Source: a bacterium
GTDB taxonomy: Bacteria; Electryoneota; Electryoneia; Electryoneales; Electryoneaceae
Length of the DNA: 64,000 nt
Reading direction: 5' to 3'
NCBI GenBank assembly: GCA_963675295.2
Contig: CAXXKJ010000002.1
Location: 128,001 to 192,000 of the forward strand
Position numbers and translations under genes: made by a program. The notes under the pieces were generated by a model. It was given only the letters and a program-made list of their open reading frames with translations, searched no databases and had not been told where the DNA came from. Positions 10,766 through 20,764 of the stretch are shown one piece after another. Every line of letters begins with the position of its first letter. The stretch's first letter is position 1.

Positions 10766-12604
10766 TTACTTCACCAGAACCAGCTTCCGCATCGCCTGTT
10801 CGGTGCCAACCTTCACCTGCAGGAAGTACACCCCGCTGGCGAGGGCGGTTGGCGCGATGGTCAACGTGTGCGTCCCCGCCGAGTAGCTGGCGTTGGTGAT
10901 TTCGGCCACCTGACGGCCGGTTGTGTCAAACACACGGGCGCTCACCTGTTGCGTTTCCGGCAACGTGATGTCAAACCGGGCGGTTGCGTTAAACGGATTC
11001 GGATACACCGCGCCCACCGCGAAACCGGTCGGCAGGGTGGATGTGGAAGATGCATCAACTGCCACGGCCGGCAGGTTCAGCTCTGTCACCGTCCATGCGT
11101 GGTCGCCGTTCTGTTCCGCACCGTTCCCGTCCGCCGCAGCACCCGCCTTAGTGAAGAAGTAAGCCTGGGACGACAGCTTGGCATTGTTCGCGGTCAGCAG
11201 GGACAGGCGGTGAACATACTCACCGGCCGGTGCGCCTGCGGGAATCATCTGCATGTGGTTCGGGAGGTCAATCATCTGCCCGGGGGCGAGCGTGTACTGG
11301 ATGTTGTCGAGCACGTACGAAGTGCCATTCGGCAGGATCGCGTCACGGCGGATACGTACCTGCCGCGCCTGGTTCGTCGGATTCTCGATCTGGACCGCGC
11401 TGTAGAGCGTGCCTCCGTTGGCGGGGATTTCCGTCGATCCCGAACCGGCGAAAGCGACCTGCGGCTGCGCATCCGGCTCGGGCCGGTTGAACACATGCAG
11501 CAACGCTTCATGCACATCATTCTCCTGGCCGAACAGATGCAGCGAGGCGTCCGTCTCATCGAAGGTCGCGCCGAAATAGTAGTACTGGGTGAACCCGTTC
11601 CCGAGGCTCGGCCCGAGGTAGCGCCACTGTTCGCTGCCGTACTGGTCGACCGAGATCACCGCCGGCTGGCTGGCGAGATCGCCGATGAGGTACACGTCCC
11701 CGTTGTCACCCGCGACGCCGGCAATGATCTTTTCGTCATCCACGCCGAGTACATCTTCCTCATAGGAGCGCACCCACAGCGGTTCGCCGCCGTCCGCGGG
11801 CAGACGTGCCGCCAGTGCCGCATGATCGAACTGGTACAGCCCGAGCTGGTTGTACCCGGCACCGTACCAGACACATCCGCCATCATCGGTGACAAATCCG
11901 CCGATGCACTGAGTCGGGGTATGGCTGAATCCATCCACCGACCGCCACCACAGCAGATCGCCCGCGCTGTCGACCTTGTACACCTGCACGAGATCGTACG
12001 ATACCGCCTGCTGCGCGCAGAAGACGTAGAAATTGCCGTTGCCATCCGCCTCAATACCGCCGAGGTACAGAATGCCGCCAGTCGGATCGTAGGTCTGTTC
12101 GAATTCGAGCATGCCATACTCGTCGAGGAAAGAGAGCTTGACCTGGTACGGGTAGTTGGTAATAGACGCCAGCACATACCCGCCATCATCCCGCAGCGCC
12201 ATTTCGAAACCCGGGTTGTCGACCTGGACTCGCCACAGTTCGCGGCCGAACCTGTCGGTGTGGACCAGCGGCGTGTTGTCGCCGTCCCCGTACCGGAAGC
12301 TGTAGCCGCCGTCTGGAGTGCGTAGCAGCGGGCTGAGCTCCGGGAAGTTCGCGCTCACCGGCGCATAGGGGTGTCGCAATTCCATGGTGCCGGATGCGTC
12401 CAGCTTCATCAGGCTGATTTCGCCATCACTGAACAATAGCGTGGTGTGGCCGCCGTCCTCGGTGGCGACAACCCCGCGGAAGCTGTCAAAATCACTGTCA
12501 TCATAGGTTCGCAGCCACATGTCCGCCGGTTGGGCATAGGTGGAGAAGGATAGTGTCAGCGTCAGAAGTAGTGCGCCCAGGGCAAATCCAGCAGTCCGTC
12601 TCAT
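10766..12604 (-). CDS. Secreted beta-propeller-like protein with pre-CTD module and T9SS CTD
   Basis: Signal peptide, K.D..G...W.R-type propeller repeats, PNPFN CTD. Confidence 0.85.
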   Translation of the reverse strand: MRRTAGFALGALLLTLTLSFSTYAQPADMWLRTYDDSDFDSFRGVVATEDGGHTTLLFSDGEISLMKLDASGTMELRHPYAPVSANFPELSPLLRTPDGGYSFRYGDGDNTPLVHTDRFGRELWRVQVDNPGFEMALRDDGGYVLASITNYPYQVKLSFLDEYGMLEFEQTYDPTGGILYLGGIEADGNGNFYVFCAQQAVSYDLVQVYKVDSAGDLLWWRSVDGFSHTPTQCIGGFVTDDGGCVWYGAGYNQLGLYQFDHAALAARLPADGGEPLWVRSYEEDVLGVDDEKIIAGVAGDNGDVYLIGDLASQPAVISVDQYGSEQWRYLGPSLGNGFTQYYYFGATFDETDASLHLFGQENDVHEALLHVFNRPEPDAQPQVAFAGSGSTEIPANGGTLYSAVQIENPTNQARQVRIRRDAILPNGTSYVLDNIQYTLAPGQMIDLPNHMQMIPAGAPAGEYVHRLSLLTANNAKLSSQAYFFTKAGAAADGNGAEQNGDHAWTVTELNLPAVAVDASSTSTLPTGFAVGAVYPNPFNATARFDITLPETQQVSARVFDTTGRQVAEITNASYSAGTHTLTIAPTALASGVYFLQVKVGTEQAMRKLVLVK

Positions 12605-12899
12605 GCTTGTCTCCTCGTGTCTTGAGCTGTGTGTTAGGGATTCCTAACCATGATGGCATACCGTTGCGCGGTTTGTGCGATTGTTTCAAACTGGTTCATG
12701 GAGTCCCACATCGGGGAGACGAGCAAAAACGCGGCCACGGCGAATAGTTAGGTTTTTCTAACCACTTGCCTAAGTTTATAGAATTGTACGAATTACGTTT
12801 ATGAATATTGAAAAGTCGCAAAAGGGATCCAGCGTATTTCCGCCAGATCCCTTTTCTACGTATGAAGCAATGCGCCAAGTACTTCGTTCTGATCGTGAA

Positions 12900-12973
12900 C
12901 TACGCCACGAAGAACGGCCGTATCGGCAGGGCGCGGTCGAGGGCTTCGTGCCCGTCCTCGGTGATCAGCACCA
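12900..12973 (-). repeat. Diverged copy of the last ~74 bp (including stop codon) of the M24 peptidase gene
   Basis: Matches 16587-16660 with 4 mismatches, all at third codon positions. Confidence 0.92.
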
Positions 12974-12995
12974 AGATCTACCTGCCATAAAGCCG

Positions 12996-14774
12996 TTACT
13001 TCAGATACACCAGTTTCCGGATTTCATGTTCAGATCCCGCACCAAATTGCAGGAAGTAGATTCCGGTGGCAAGTCCGTCCGTTTTGAAGGTCAATGCATG
13101 TCTGCCTGCCGAATACTTCCCATTGGCAAGATCTGCAACCTGCCGTCCAAGGCTGTCATACACCCGCGCTGTCACTTGCCGTGATTCTGGTAGCGTGAAT
13201 TCGATCCGAGTGTTTGCATTGAACGGGTTTGGAAAAACTTCATCAAGTTGAAACGCAATCGCTCCAGGTGACGTTTGCGCCGCATTTTTTGAATTGGTCA
13301 AACCGGTCCAGCCCGCAGATTTCCAATCAGGACTTAGCATTTCTGATTGACCTTCGGTGACAGTAAACATGAACAGGTCCGAATTGAAGGAATTCTGAGG
13401 AGTCTGCCCGATATTCACACGCCACAAATAGTATCCCAAAGACAATCCGTAAGGAATGGTCTGGCTGACATTTGTCACCAGAATATCCGCGTTAGCACAA
13501 AGGGGAACGTAGAGCTGATCAATGGGGCCGACCGAACATCCCGCCGGTAGAAAAACATCTGTCCACACAAAAGCGTTTACCGGATAATTCAAGTTTGAAA
13601 CGATATGAACATCGTAGTAGAATGATCCCCCCTGTGGTATATAGACTGGTGGATCATGAGGAGTAATTGTTATTTCTATCGGGTCTGGATAGCCTTGTCC
13701 AGGCTGTTCCCACCATGCCACCTCATTTGCATACTCAGAAACGGCAACGATATCTTGGTCATAATCTCCATCCATATCAATTGCAACGATACCACGTGAA
13801 TGATCCCAGATATCAATAAGAACGTGTTCGGTAAAAACACCGTCGTCATTTTCCCAGTATCGAATGCCGGTGTTGTACGACGTTACGAAGACATCAGGAT
13901 CTCCGTCTGATCCAATATCGCAGATACATAGATCCCACGGTCTGTAAAAGTCCGTACAAAGGTAAGTTACGTCGAAATTCCCGAAACCATCGTTTACAAA
14001 TAACAGCACGAGATTGTCAATGAAAACAGTAGCAAAGATATCATTGTCACCGTCCTTGTCATAGTCAGCGAGTTTAATTCCTGAAACATACTCCATTCCA
14101 TCCGCAACCAGATGATCTATCCAGGTACCGTCGCTGGTTCTTTCGAACCAATGCAAGCAGTCTTCGATTCCCGAACACACGGCGAAATCAGGGATCGCAT
14201 CACCATTTATATCACCAATCGCGACATCGTGTGGGGTTGAATAGTTGTCTGTAACAAGTCGGGGCTCAAATTCTCCCAAACCTTTATTTTCCCACCACAC
14301 CACAGCATCCCCATACCAGGCGGTGCAAACGAAGTCGGGCAATCCATCCCGGTTGAGATACCCACTGTCCATCGAACTGGCACCATAATACCTATAAGCA
14401 AGCTGGTGACGTTGAAAATTGCGTTCACCTGTGTTTTCCCACCAGCCGACATCGCTGGCCTCATAGGAACAACCAGCAAAATCAAGATCCCCGTCGAGGT
14501 CGAAGTCGGCGACAGTAAAATCTGATCCTCCACGTTCAATCTCAACAGTATATTCCACCCAACCATCTTCGATACCGTAGAAGCATAAAATGCCCTGGTC
14601 CATCTCCATCTGACCGACAATGACATCAACTCTTTGATCTTGATCGAAATCGCCAGCGGCTACGCCATAAGGGTCTTCAATGTCATCGCAAATATCATGA
14701 CGTACCCACTGGGCGCGAGTACATACAGGAATCAGCAACAAAATGCATGCGAGAATTATGAAAAATTGCTTCAT
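12996..14774 (-). CDS. FG-GAP-repeat protein with pre-CTD module and T9SS CTD; visibly AT-richer than its paralogs
   Basis: Same architecture as 6595 and 8651; PNPFN...RKLVYLK. Confidence 0.88.
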   Translation of the reverse strand: MKQFFIILACILLLIPVCTRAQWVRHDICDDIEDPYGVAAGDFDQDQRVDVIVGQMEMDQGILCFYGIEDGWVEYTVEIERGGSDFTVADFDLDGDLDFAGCSYEASDVGWWENTGERNFQRHQLAYRYYGASSMDSGYLNRDGLPDFVCTAWYGDAVVWWENKGLGEFEPRLVTDNYSTPHDVAIGDINGDAIPDFAVCSGIEDCLHWFERTSDGTWIDHLVADGMEYVSGIKLADYDKDGDNDIFATVFIDNLVLLFVNDGFGNFDVTYLCTDFYRPWDLCICDIGSDGDPDVFVTSYNTGIRYWENDDGVFTEHVLIDIWDHSRGIVAIDMDGDYDQDIVAVSEYANEVAWWEQPGQGYPDPIEITITPHDPPVYIPQGGSFYYDVHIVSNLNYPVNAFVWTDVFLPAGCSVGPIDQLYVPLCANADILVTNVSQTIPYGLSLGYYLWRVNIGQTPQNSFNSDLFMFTVTEGQSEMLSPDWKSAGWTGLTNSKNAAQTSPGAIAFQLDEVFPNPFNANTRIEFTLPESRQVTARVYDSLGRQVADLANGKYSAGRHALTFKTDGLATGIYFLQFGAGSEHEIRKLVYLK

Positions 14775-14916
14775 ACCTCATACCCCCCTGGATATCTGTA
14801 TGTCAATTCAGAAATATCCATCACATGTTTGTTTATGACCGCTATATTATCTACTTGAAAGTGCGGAAAATTTCTGTGGATAACAACAAACCCCTGTCAT
14901 TTAATGACAGGGGTTG

Positions 14917-16530
14917 CAGACTGCTGACAAACCCCGTCATTTGATGGGGTTTGTTTTGTATTCACACGGCACATCCTACTGGTTGGATTTGTGGTATAGT
15001 TGGCAGGTTGTGTTTGGTTCTTCGCTCGATTTTTCTATCGAGACCGTTGAGCGTGGTGCGCTGGGATAGAAGACCGGCTAAATAGGTCCATAGTCTTGAG
15101 ATAGAGGGGTGTTTCGCCATTGTCATGGCGATCTTCTTCATGTTCTGGCAGGCGGCGGACAGCAGGCATTGTTCACGTGCTCCGGCTATCGAGCGCAGCC
15201 GGGCATAGCGATGGCCATACAGTTGTTTGGCTTCGCCGAAGCTGCGTTCGACCGTCTCCCGTCGTCGCCGGTACGTGGCCCGTCCGCGTTCTGTCCGAGC
15301 GGTCGCGATCATCTTTTCACGGCTGGCCTGCCACACGTGCCGGGTGACCACCTTGCGGTGATTGGCGCTTTCGGTGCATTGCTGCAACAGGGGACAGAGG
15401 ACACAGCACGACGGGTCGGAAACATATTCCTGGTAGCCTTCACGTGTCGTCGTGCGATACGGTAGTGTCTGGCCGCCGGGACAGTGGTAGACATCCCCCA
15501 GCGAATCGTACACAAACAGTCGTTTTGCCAGCATTCCCTTCTTGCGTGTCGTACGTACCGAGCCGATCACGCCGTCGATCTTTCGATCCTCCAGCCCCTT
15601 GCAGATGGCGGCGGTATTGTAGCCGGCGTCGAGACCGACCCTTTCCACCGGGAAGTGGAATTTGCGAATCTGTGTGTCGAGACGCTCGAGGTAGGGGGTG
15701 CTGTCATGTACATTGCCGGGGGTGACATGCGTGTCGGTGATGATTCCGGCCTTGTTGTCTACGGTACGGTGGTCAAGGTAGAAAAAGCCCTGCGGCTTGC
15801 CGTCCCGGACCATGAAGCCGCTGTCCGGATCGGTGGTGCTGACCTTGATTTCCTTTGTCGCCGGCGGTGATGAATCGTCATTGTCACGTTTCTTCAGTGG
15901 CTTTTTGCCATGCGCCAGGCGATCCGCATCCACCGCCTCTTCCAGATCGGACAGATACGACTTCGTCGCCACTGTCACCTGCCGCTTCTTGAACTTCTTC
16001 TTGTTCGCGCTGGCTTTCAGGTGCGTCGAATCGGTGAACAAGACCCGGCCATCGACCAGGCCACGACGGATCGCCAGCAGCACGATCTCGTCGAAGATCT
16101 CCTGGAAGATGGTGCTTTCACGGAAACGGCGTCGTCGATTCTGGCTGATCGTGGACGCGTCCGGCACCTTGTCACGCAGATCCAGCCCGAGGAACCAGCG
16201 ATAGGCAACATTGACCTGGATCTCACGCACCAGCTGACGCTCGGACCGAATTCCGTACAGGTAACCGATGAACAACATCTTGAACAGAAGGACAGGGTCA
16301 ACAGCCGGACGGCCATTGTCGGCGCTGTAGAGATGCTTTACACGATCCCGGATAAACGAAAAATCAATTGCCGCATCAATCTTCCGCAAAAGATGATCGT
16401 CCGGGACCAAATCGTCAATGTAAATAAGCTCCGCTGCGCTTTGATGAGCTTTGGAAGTAGGTAGCATCTACAAAGATACAAAACAAATCCCCACAGGTCG
16501 AGAGCCCGTGGGGACTTTGTCAGCAGTCTG
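14917..16530. mobile_element. IS1182-family insertion sequence with 15-bp terminal inverted repeats and a 29-bp target duplication
   Basis: CAGACTGCTGACAAA at 14917-14931 and TTTGTCAGCAGTCTG at 16516-16530; flanking direct repeat AAACCCCTGTCATTTAATGACAGGGGTTG at 14888-14916 and 16531-16559. Confidence 0.93.
14962..16467 (-). CDS. IS1182-family DDE transposase
   Basis: LVPDDHLLRKID, GRPAVDP, GIRSERQL, DSTHLKA, TTDPDSG, LDAGY, YRRRRETVERSFGEAK. Confidence 0.95.
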   Translation of the reverse strand: MLPTSKAHQSAAELIYIDDLVPDDHLLRKIDAAIDFSFIRDRVKHLYSADNGRPAVDPVLLFKMLFIGYLYGIRSERQLVREIQVNVAYRWFLGLDLRDKVPDASTISQNRRRRFRESTIFQEIFDEIVLLAIRRGLVDGRVLFTDSTHLKASANKKKFKKRQVTVATKSYLSDLEEAVDADRLAHGKKPLKKRDNDDSSPPATKEIKVSTTDPDSGFMVRDGKPQGFFYLDHRTVDNKAGIITDTHVTPGNVHDSTPYLERLDTQIRKFHFPVERVGLDAGYNTAAICKGLEDRKIDGVIGSVRTTRKKGMLAKRLFVYDSLGDVYHCPGGQTLPYRTTTREGYQEYVSDPSCCVLCPLLQQCTESANHRKVVTRHVWQASREKMIATARTERGRATYRRRRETVERSFGEAKQLYGHRYARLRSIAGAREQCLLSAACQNMKKIAMTMAKHPSISRLWTYLAGLLSQRTTLNGLDRKIERRTKHNLPTIPQIQPVGCAV

Positions 16531-16586
16531 AAACCCCTGTCATTTAATGACAGGGGTTGCGGACTCGGGAGCAATATTGATACGAT

Positions 16587-17753
16587 CTACGCCACGAAGA
16601 ACGGCCGCATCGGCAGCGCACGGTCGAGGGCTTCGTGCCCGTCTTCGGTGATCAGCACCATGTTTTCGGTACGGTAGGCGCCGACGCCCTTTTCGTACAT
16701 GCCCGGTTCGTTGGTCACGATCATTCCCGGTTCAAGAACAATCGCCTGGCCGAACGGGATGCCGTAATCGTCCAACCCATCCGGAAGCTCGCTGACCTTC
16801 GGGAGTTCATGCACATACGCCCCGCCGGTGCCGTGGCCGGCGCCGTGGAAACGGGTGTCGATCCCGGCGGCCTTGACGCCGATCTGGTACGCCGCGCCAC
16901 CTTCGCTCGCCGGCAGACCGGGCAGCAACTGCGCCGCGACCATGTCGAACCATTTTTCCTGCAACATCCGCATGCCCTGGAACACCGGCGGAATCTCTTC
17001 GTAGCCGATGATGATCATCCGGGTCATGTCGGTGCAGACACCCTTGTAGATGAAGCCCCAGTCGACCAGCATCACATGCTCGCCCTTGAGCGGCTTGCCG
17101 GGACGGTCCATCTCCGGGTGCGGCGTGTCGGCGTCGGCGTCCATCGCCACCAGTGGATCGAACGATGCGCCTTCCGAGCCACGGCGCGCGCCTTCGGCCA
17201 GGAGTTCGTCCCGGAAGTCGATATCGGTTGCGGTGTCTTTGTGCTTCGGCAGCCAGTCGTTGACCATGTAGTTGAAGGTGCCGATGGCGATGTCGACTGC
17301 TTCACGGATCAGCTTCATCTCGAGGTCGCCCTTGATCATGCGCAGCCGGTCGAGCAGGCCGGACGGGGCCGAAATTGACTCCAGCTCAAGCATCGCGGGC
17401 AGTGCGTGGTACATGTCGATCGCGATGCCGGTGGTGTCGCAGACGAGGTGCTTCGCGCCGTCGGTGATGTTCTTCAGTTCCGGGTACAGGTGGACGTGTT
17501 CCTGGCCCCAGATGTACGCCTCCATGCCGGGGATTTCCGGGACACGGTTGGTGTAGCGTCCGTCGGTGACGAAATACGCCTTGTCCGGGCGGATCAACAG
17601 GCACGCGTCCTTCTGGAAATCGGCGGGAATGCCGGTCAGCCAGCCAACGTTGGCGTTTCCGGTCACCAGCATCGGGTTGCCGTTCTGATCGTTCTTCAAC
17701 ATCTCCTGGACGCGGGAGATTCTCTCCTGCAGCAGTTCGGTCGGGGCGGGCAT
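16587..17753 (-). CDS. Xaa-Pro aminopeptidase / M24B metallopeptidase
   Basis: Creatinase-N region (VTDGRY) and metal ligands in VDWG, TDMTR, HGAGHG, TNEPGMY, RTEN; GGAGG RBS before ATG 17753. Confidence 0.9.
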   Translation of the reverse strand: MPAPTELLQERISRVQEMLKNDQNGNPMLVTGNANVGWLTGIPADFQKDACLLIRPDKAYFVTDGRYTNRVPEIPGMEAYIWGQEHVHLYPELKNITDGAKHLVCDTTGIAIDMYHALPAMLELESISAPSGLLDRLRMIKGDLEMKLIREAVDIAIGTFNYMVNDWLPKHKDTATDIDFRDELLAEGARRGSEGASFDPLVAMDADADTPHPEMDRPGKPLKGEHVMLVDWGFIYKGVCTDMTRMIIIGYEEIPPVFQGMRMLQEKWFDMVAAQLLPGLPASEGGAAYQIGVKAAGIDTRFHGAGHGTGGAYVHELPKVSELPDGLDDYGIPFGQAIVLEPGMIVTNEPGMYEKGVGAYRTENMVLITEDGHEALDRALPMRPFFVA

Positions 17754-17883
17754 GTTCGTGAGCCTCCGTGGTTGGTAGCGTTTCGATCGTGGAAGATGTG
17801 AACGGGGTTTCACGCTCGCAAGTGGAGGAGGGCGGAGCAATTCGAGAGATGGGCGGCGCAGACCTGAACTGATCGGGATGTGT

Positions 17884-20031
17884 CTAGCGCAGCAGCACGA
17901 TCTTCTGTGTCTGATCTGTTGTCGGGTGGCCCGGGTTGTCTTGCAACCCGGGTGTCACCGTCGCCCGTACGAAATACACCCCACTCGCCTGACTGGACGC
18001 GTCGAAGACAAACTGGCGCACACCCGCCGGATACACACTCGATGCGAGCGTCGCTACCTGCTGACCCTGAATGTTGAGGACGGATACGTTCAGCTGCGCG
18101 GGTTGCGGCAGCGAGATGGTGATGGTTGTCGCGGCATTGAACGGGTTCGGGTGGGCTGGCAACAGTGACCATTGGGCCGGGAGAGCGTCCGCCGTGGCGA
18201 AATCGCCCTCGTTCACCCCCACATTCTGATCGAAATAGAACGCGCCGATGTCGGCGATGGTGCTGTCCGGGTCGAGCGGGCTAGTTGGATCGCCGCCGTC
18301 AATGCAGGGGGAATCAGGTTGGAGGTGGTAGTCCCCGTTGCCGGGATCGACGTACTGCGGATCGAGGAAGATGTTGTTGTAGATGTCGCAGGAATCGCCG
18401 TTGGCGTTGGTGGTGACAAGAACACCGAGATCCGGATCAATCGAATCCCCAACGAAATCACCCGCGCTGTTTCCGTAACTAGTACAGTAATGCAACGTTG
18501 GATGGCTCATTTCGTCTTCAACGTAGATTCCTTCCCCCTGGTTTGAGCTGAGAATCGTGTTCGTAAATATGGGATCAGAGTTCTCGCAGAATACTCCCGC
18601 GCCGTACCAGTTTCCGGTATTGCCAGATAGTGTGCTTTGAGCGAACTCGGGACCTGAACCCTCACTTGTATATAAACCGCCCCCCAGAAATGCCGTGTTG
18701 GACGCTACCACGCTGTGGTCGATCGTGGGATGTGAAGAGTTCAGGCAACTAATCCCTCCTCCGACATCGTACGATGTGTTATTGGTGATTGTACACCTGA
18801 TTATGTTTGGACTGGAATCATCATCACAGCAGATTCCAGCGCCATTCAGGCTTGAGTTTTCCGAGATTGTGCAATCGATAAGGTCGGGGCTTGCTCCATT
18901 ACAATAGATTCCGCCACCTCTATTCTGATCTCCATACACAGAGTTGCCAATGATCAGGCAGTCTGTCATTGTCATCTGCGTATTGATGAAACGGATTCCA
19001 CCACCGTATCTACCCGTATTATCACTTATCGTACACGAAGAAACCGTCGATGAACCCCCTTCAAAGAAAAACCCGGTTCCTTGGTTATCGCTGACAGTGC
19101 AATTACTAAAATCAACATTCGACGTCGTGCATACAATCGGATCTCTATGATTATCAGACAGAGTACAATTCATTACAACAGCGTTTGAAATTTCTAACCG
19201 TATCGATACTCCATAATTGTAGTAAAAGGTACAATCAACAATCTGTAGATCACTTCCATAAAAATAGATACCCGCAGCGTAGCTGGAAGAATTGCTGGCA
19301 AACGTGCAATGTGACACTTCAAGATTCGACGAGTCCCACCCATAGATAGCAGCGCCAAGTTCCCCAACATTTCCTTCAAACACGCAATCTGTAATGTTTT
19401 GGATGGATTCATCCCTGCAATAGATCGCTCCACCAACCACGGCAAAATTTCCAGAGAAAACACAATTCTGAATCGTTGGATTTGACGTTTCCCAGATATA
19501 CACCCCGCCACCGGCTCCTTCACTTCTATTATCAGCAATCCGGCAATGGATGATATGCGGGCTGGAGTCGTCCAGGTAAAGTCCTGTGCCGTTAGCGAAT
19601 TCTCCACCCCGATTTTCAGATATTCTGCAATGGCTTATCGTCGGGCTTGATTCAATGCATTTGATTCCGGCGCCATTCTGATACCAATACTCATGACCAC
19701 CGTTTTGAATGGTAAATCCACGTATCAGCGTCGTGGTATCGACTAACCCTTCACTCAATAGTAGAATCACTCGCCCTGCTTCGTTTCCATCAATGATTGT
19801 ATTGCTGCTGTCACCGGCAGCGATGAGTTTGATGCCGTTGACCTGGGGCCAGACGATGTTTTCGACGTAGGTGCCGGGTTGGACGAGGACGGTATCGCCG
19901 TTCGCGGACACATCCAGGCCGGCCTGGATCGTGGTGAAATCCGCGGGAACGTGATGCGTCGTAGCCAAAGCGTATGCGGGCAACAGGATCAGACACATGA
20001 TCCATGCGGCAAGATGACAGGCGCGTTTCAT
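17884..20031 (-). CDS. Secreted right-handed beta-helix protein with T9SS CTD (paralog of 3575)
   Basis: Start MKRACH at 20031 with GGAGG RBS; TTHHVPADFTTIQ N-terminus; GGGIYC repeats; PNPFN CTD. Confidence 0.88.
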   Translation of the reverse strand: MKRACHLAAWIMCLILLPAYALATTHHVPADFTTIQAGLDVSANGDTVLVQPGTYVENIVWPQVNGIKLIAAGDSSNTIIDGNEAGRVILLLSEGLVDTTTLIRGFTIQNGGHEYWYQNGAGIKCIESSPTISHCRISENRGGEFANGTGLYLDDSSPHIIHCRIADNRSEGAGGGVYIWETSNPTIQNCVFSGNFAVVGGAIYCRDESIQNITDCVFEGNVGELGAAIYGWDSSNLEVSHCTFASNSSSYAAGIYFYGSDLQIVDCTFYYNYGVSIRLEISNAVVMNCTLSDNHRDPIVCTTSNVDFSNCTVSDNQGTGFFFEGGSSTVSSCTISDNTGRYGGGIRFINTQMTMTDCLIIGNSVYGDQNRGGGIYCNGASPDLIDCTISENSSLNGAGICCDDDSSPNIIRCTITNNTSYDVGGGISCLNSSHPTIDHSVVASNTAFLGGGLYTSEGSGPEFAQSTLSGNTGNWYGAGVFCENSDPIFTNTILSSNQGEGIYVEDEMSHPTLHYCTSYGNSAGDFVGDSIDPDLGVLVTTNANGDSCDIYNNIFLDPQYVDPGNGDYHLQPDSPCIDGGDPTSPLDPDSTIADIGAFYFDQNVGVNEGDFATADALPAQWSLLPAHPNPFNAATTITISLPQPAQLNVSVLNIQGQQVATLASSVYPAGVRQFVFDASSQASGVYFVRATVTPGLQDNPGHPTTDQTQKIVLLR

Positions 20032-20137
20032 TGATCCCTCCAGGGGATGATTCAAATCATAATCCAGATTTAGTCTATAACCTAACGGGCGGCGCGTGTC
20101 CTGGCAAGAGGTCAATCCATCTTTACCGAATCCCCGT

Positions 20138-20197
20138 CTATTCCTGCCCCGCCAGCCAGCTGACCCAGCGGTACCACTCGAGCTCACACGTATCCAC
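20138..20197 (-). repeat. Diverged copy of the last ~60 bp (including stop codon) of the adenosine deaminase gene
   Basis: Matches 20765-20824; 5 of 6 mismatches are at third codon positions. Confidence 0.88.
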
Positions 20198-20276
20198 TGG
20201 CATTGGCGAGCGAAAGATGCGATCTTGAACAACTGAACAAATGGTACCTGTAGCCGTTACGGATGGACGTCCAGCC

Positions 20277-20735
20277 ATGGCAGCCGAGCAACCCGAACAA
20301 CGTTCCGAGATGTTGATTTATCAGACCGAAGACGGCCAGACACGAATCGGTGTGCGGCTTGCGGACGAATCCGTGTGGTTGACGCAAGCGGCGATGGCCG
20401 AGCTGTTTCAGACGACCGTGGCCAACATCAACATCCACATTCGGAACATTTTCGAGGAAAAGGAGCTGGACGAAGAAGCAACGATTAAGGATTACTTAAT
20501 AGTTCAACGTGAGGGTTAGCGTGATGTCGCCAGGCAGGTGAAGCATTACAACCTGGACATGATTCTTGCGGTCGGCTACCGTGTCCGGTCTCATGTGGGC
20601 ACCCAGTTCCGCCGTTGGGCGACCGAACGGTTGCGCGAATACATCGTCAAGGGGTTCACGATGGACGATGAGCGGCTGAAGGAAGGCCGCAACCTGGGCG
20701 CGGATTATTTCGACGAACTGCTCGAGCGTATCCGA
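20277..20735 (+). pseudogene. Virulence RhuM-family protein pseudogene (in-frame TAG and 3' truncation)
   Basis: LIYQTEDG..., VWLTQAAMAELF, YNLDMILAVGYRVRS, QFRRWAT, GFTMDDERLK, DYFDELLERIR. TAG at 20517-20519 is in frame with the downstream ORF, and similarity stops after LERIR. Confidence 0.88.
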
Positions 20736-20764
20736 TTTGCAGCAAGACTACGCGAACACACACC

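Noticed and set aside
20517-20519. Programmed TAG readthrough or recoding in rhuM
   Set aside because: The gene is also 3'-truncated, and TAG is a normal stop in many genes here, so pseudogenisation is simpler.
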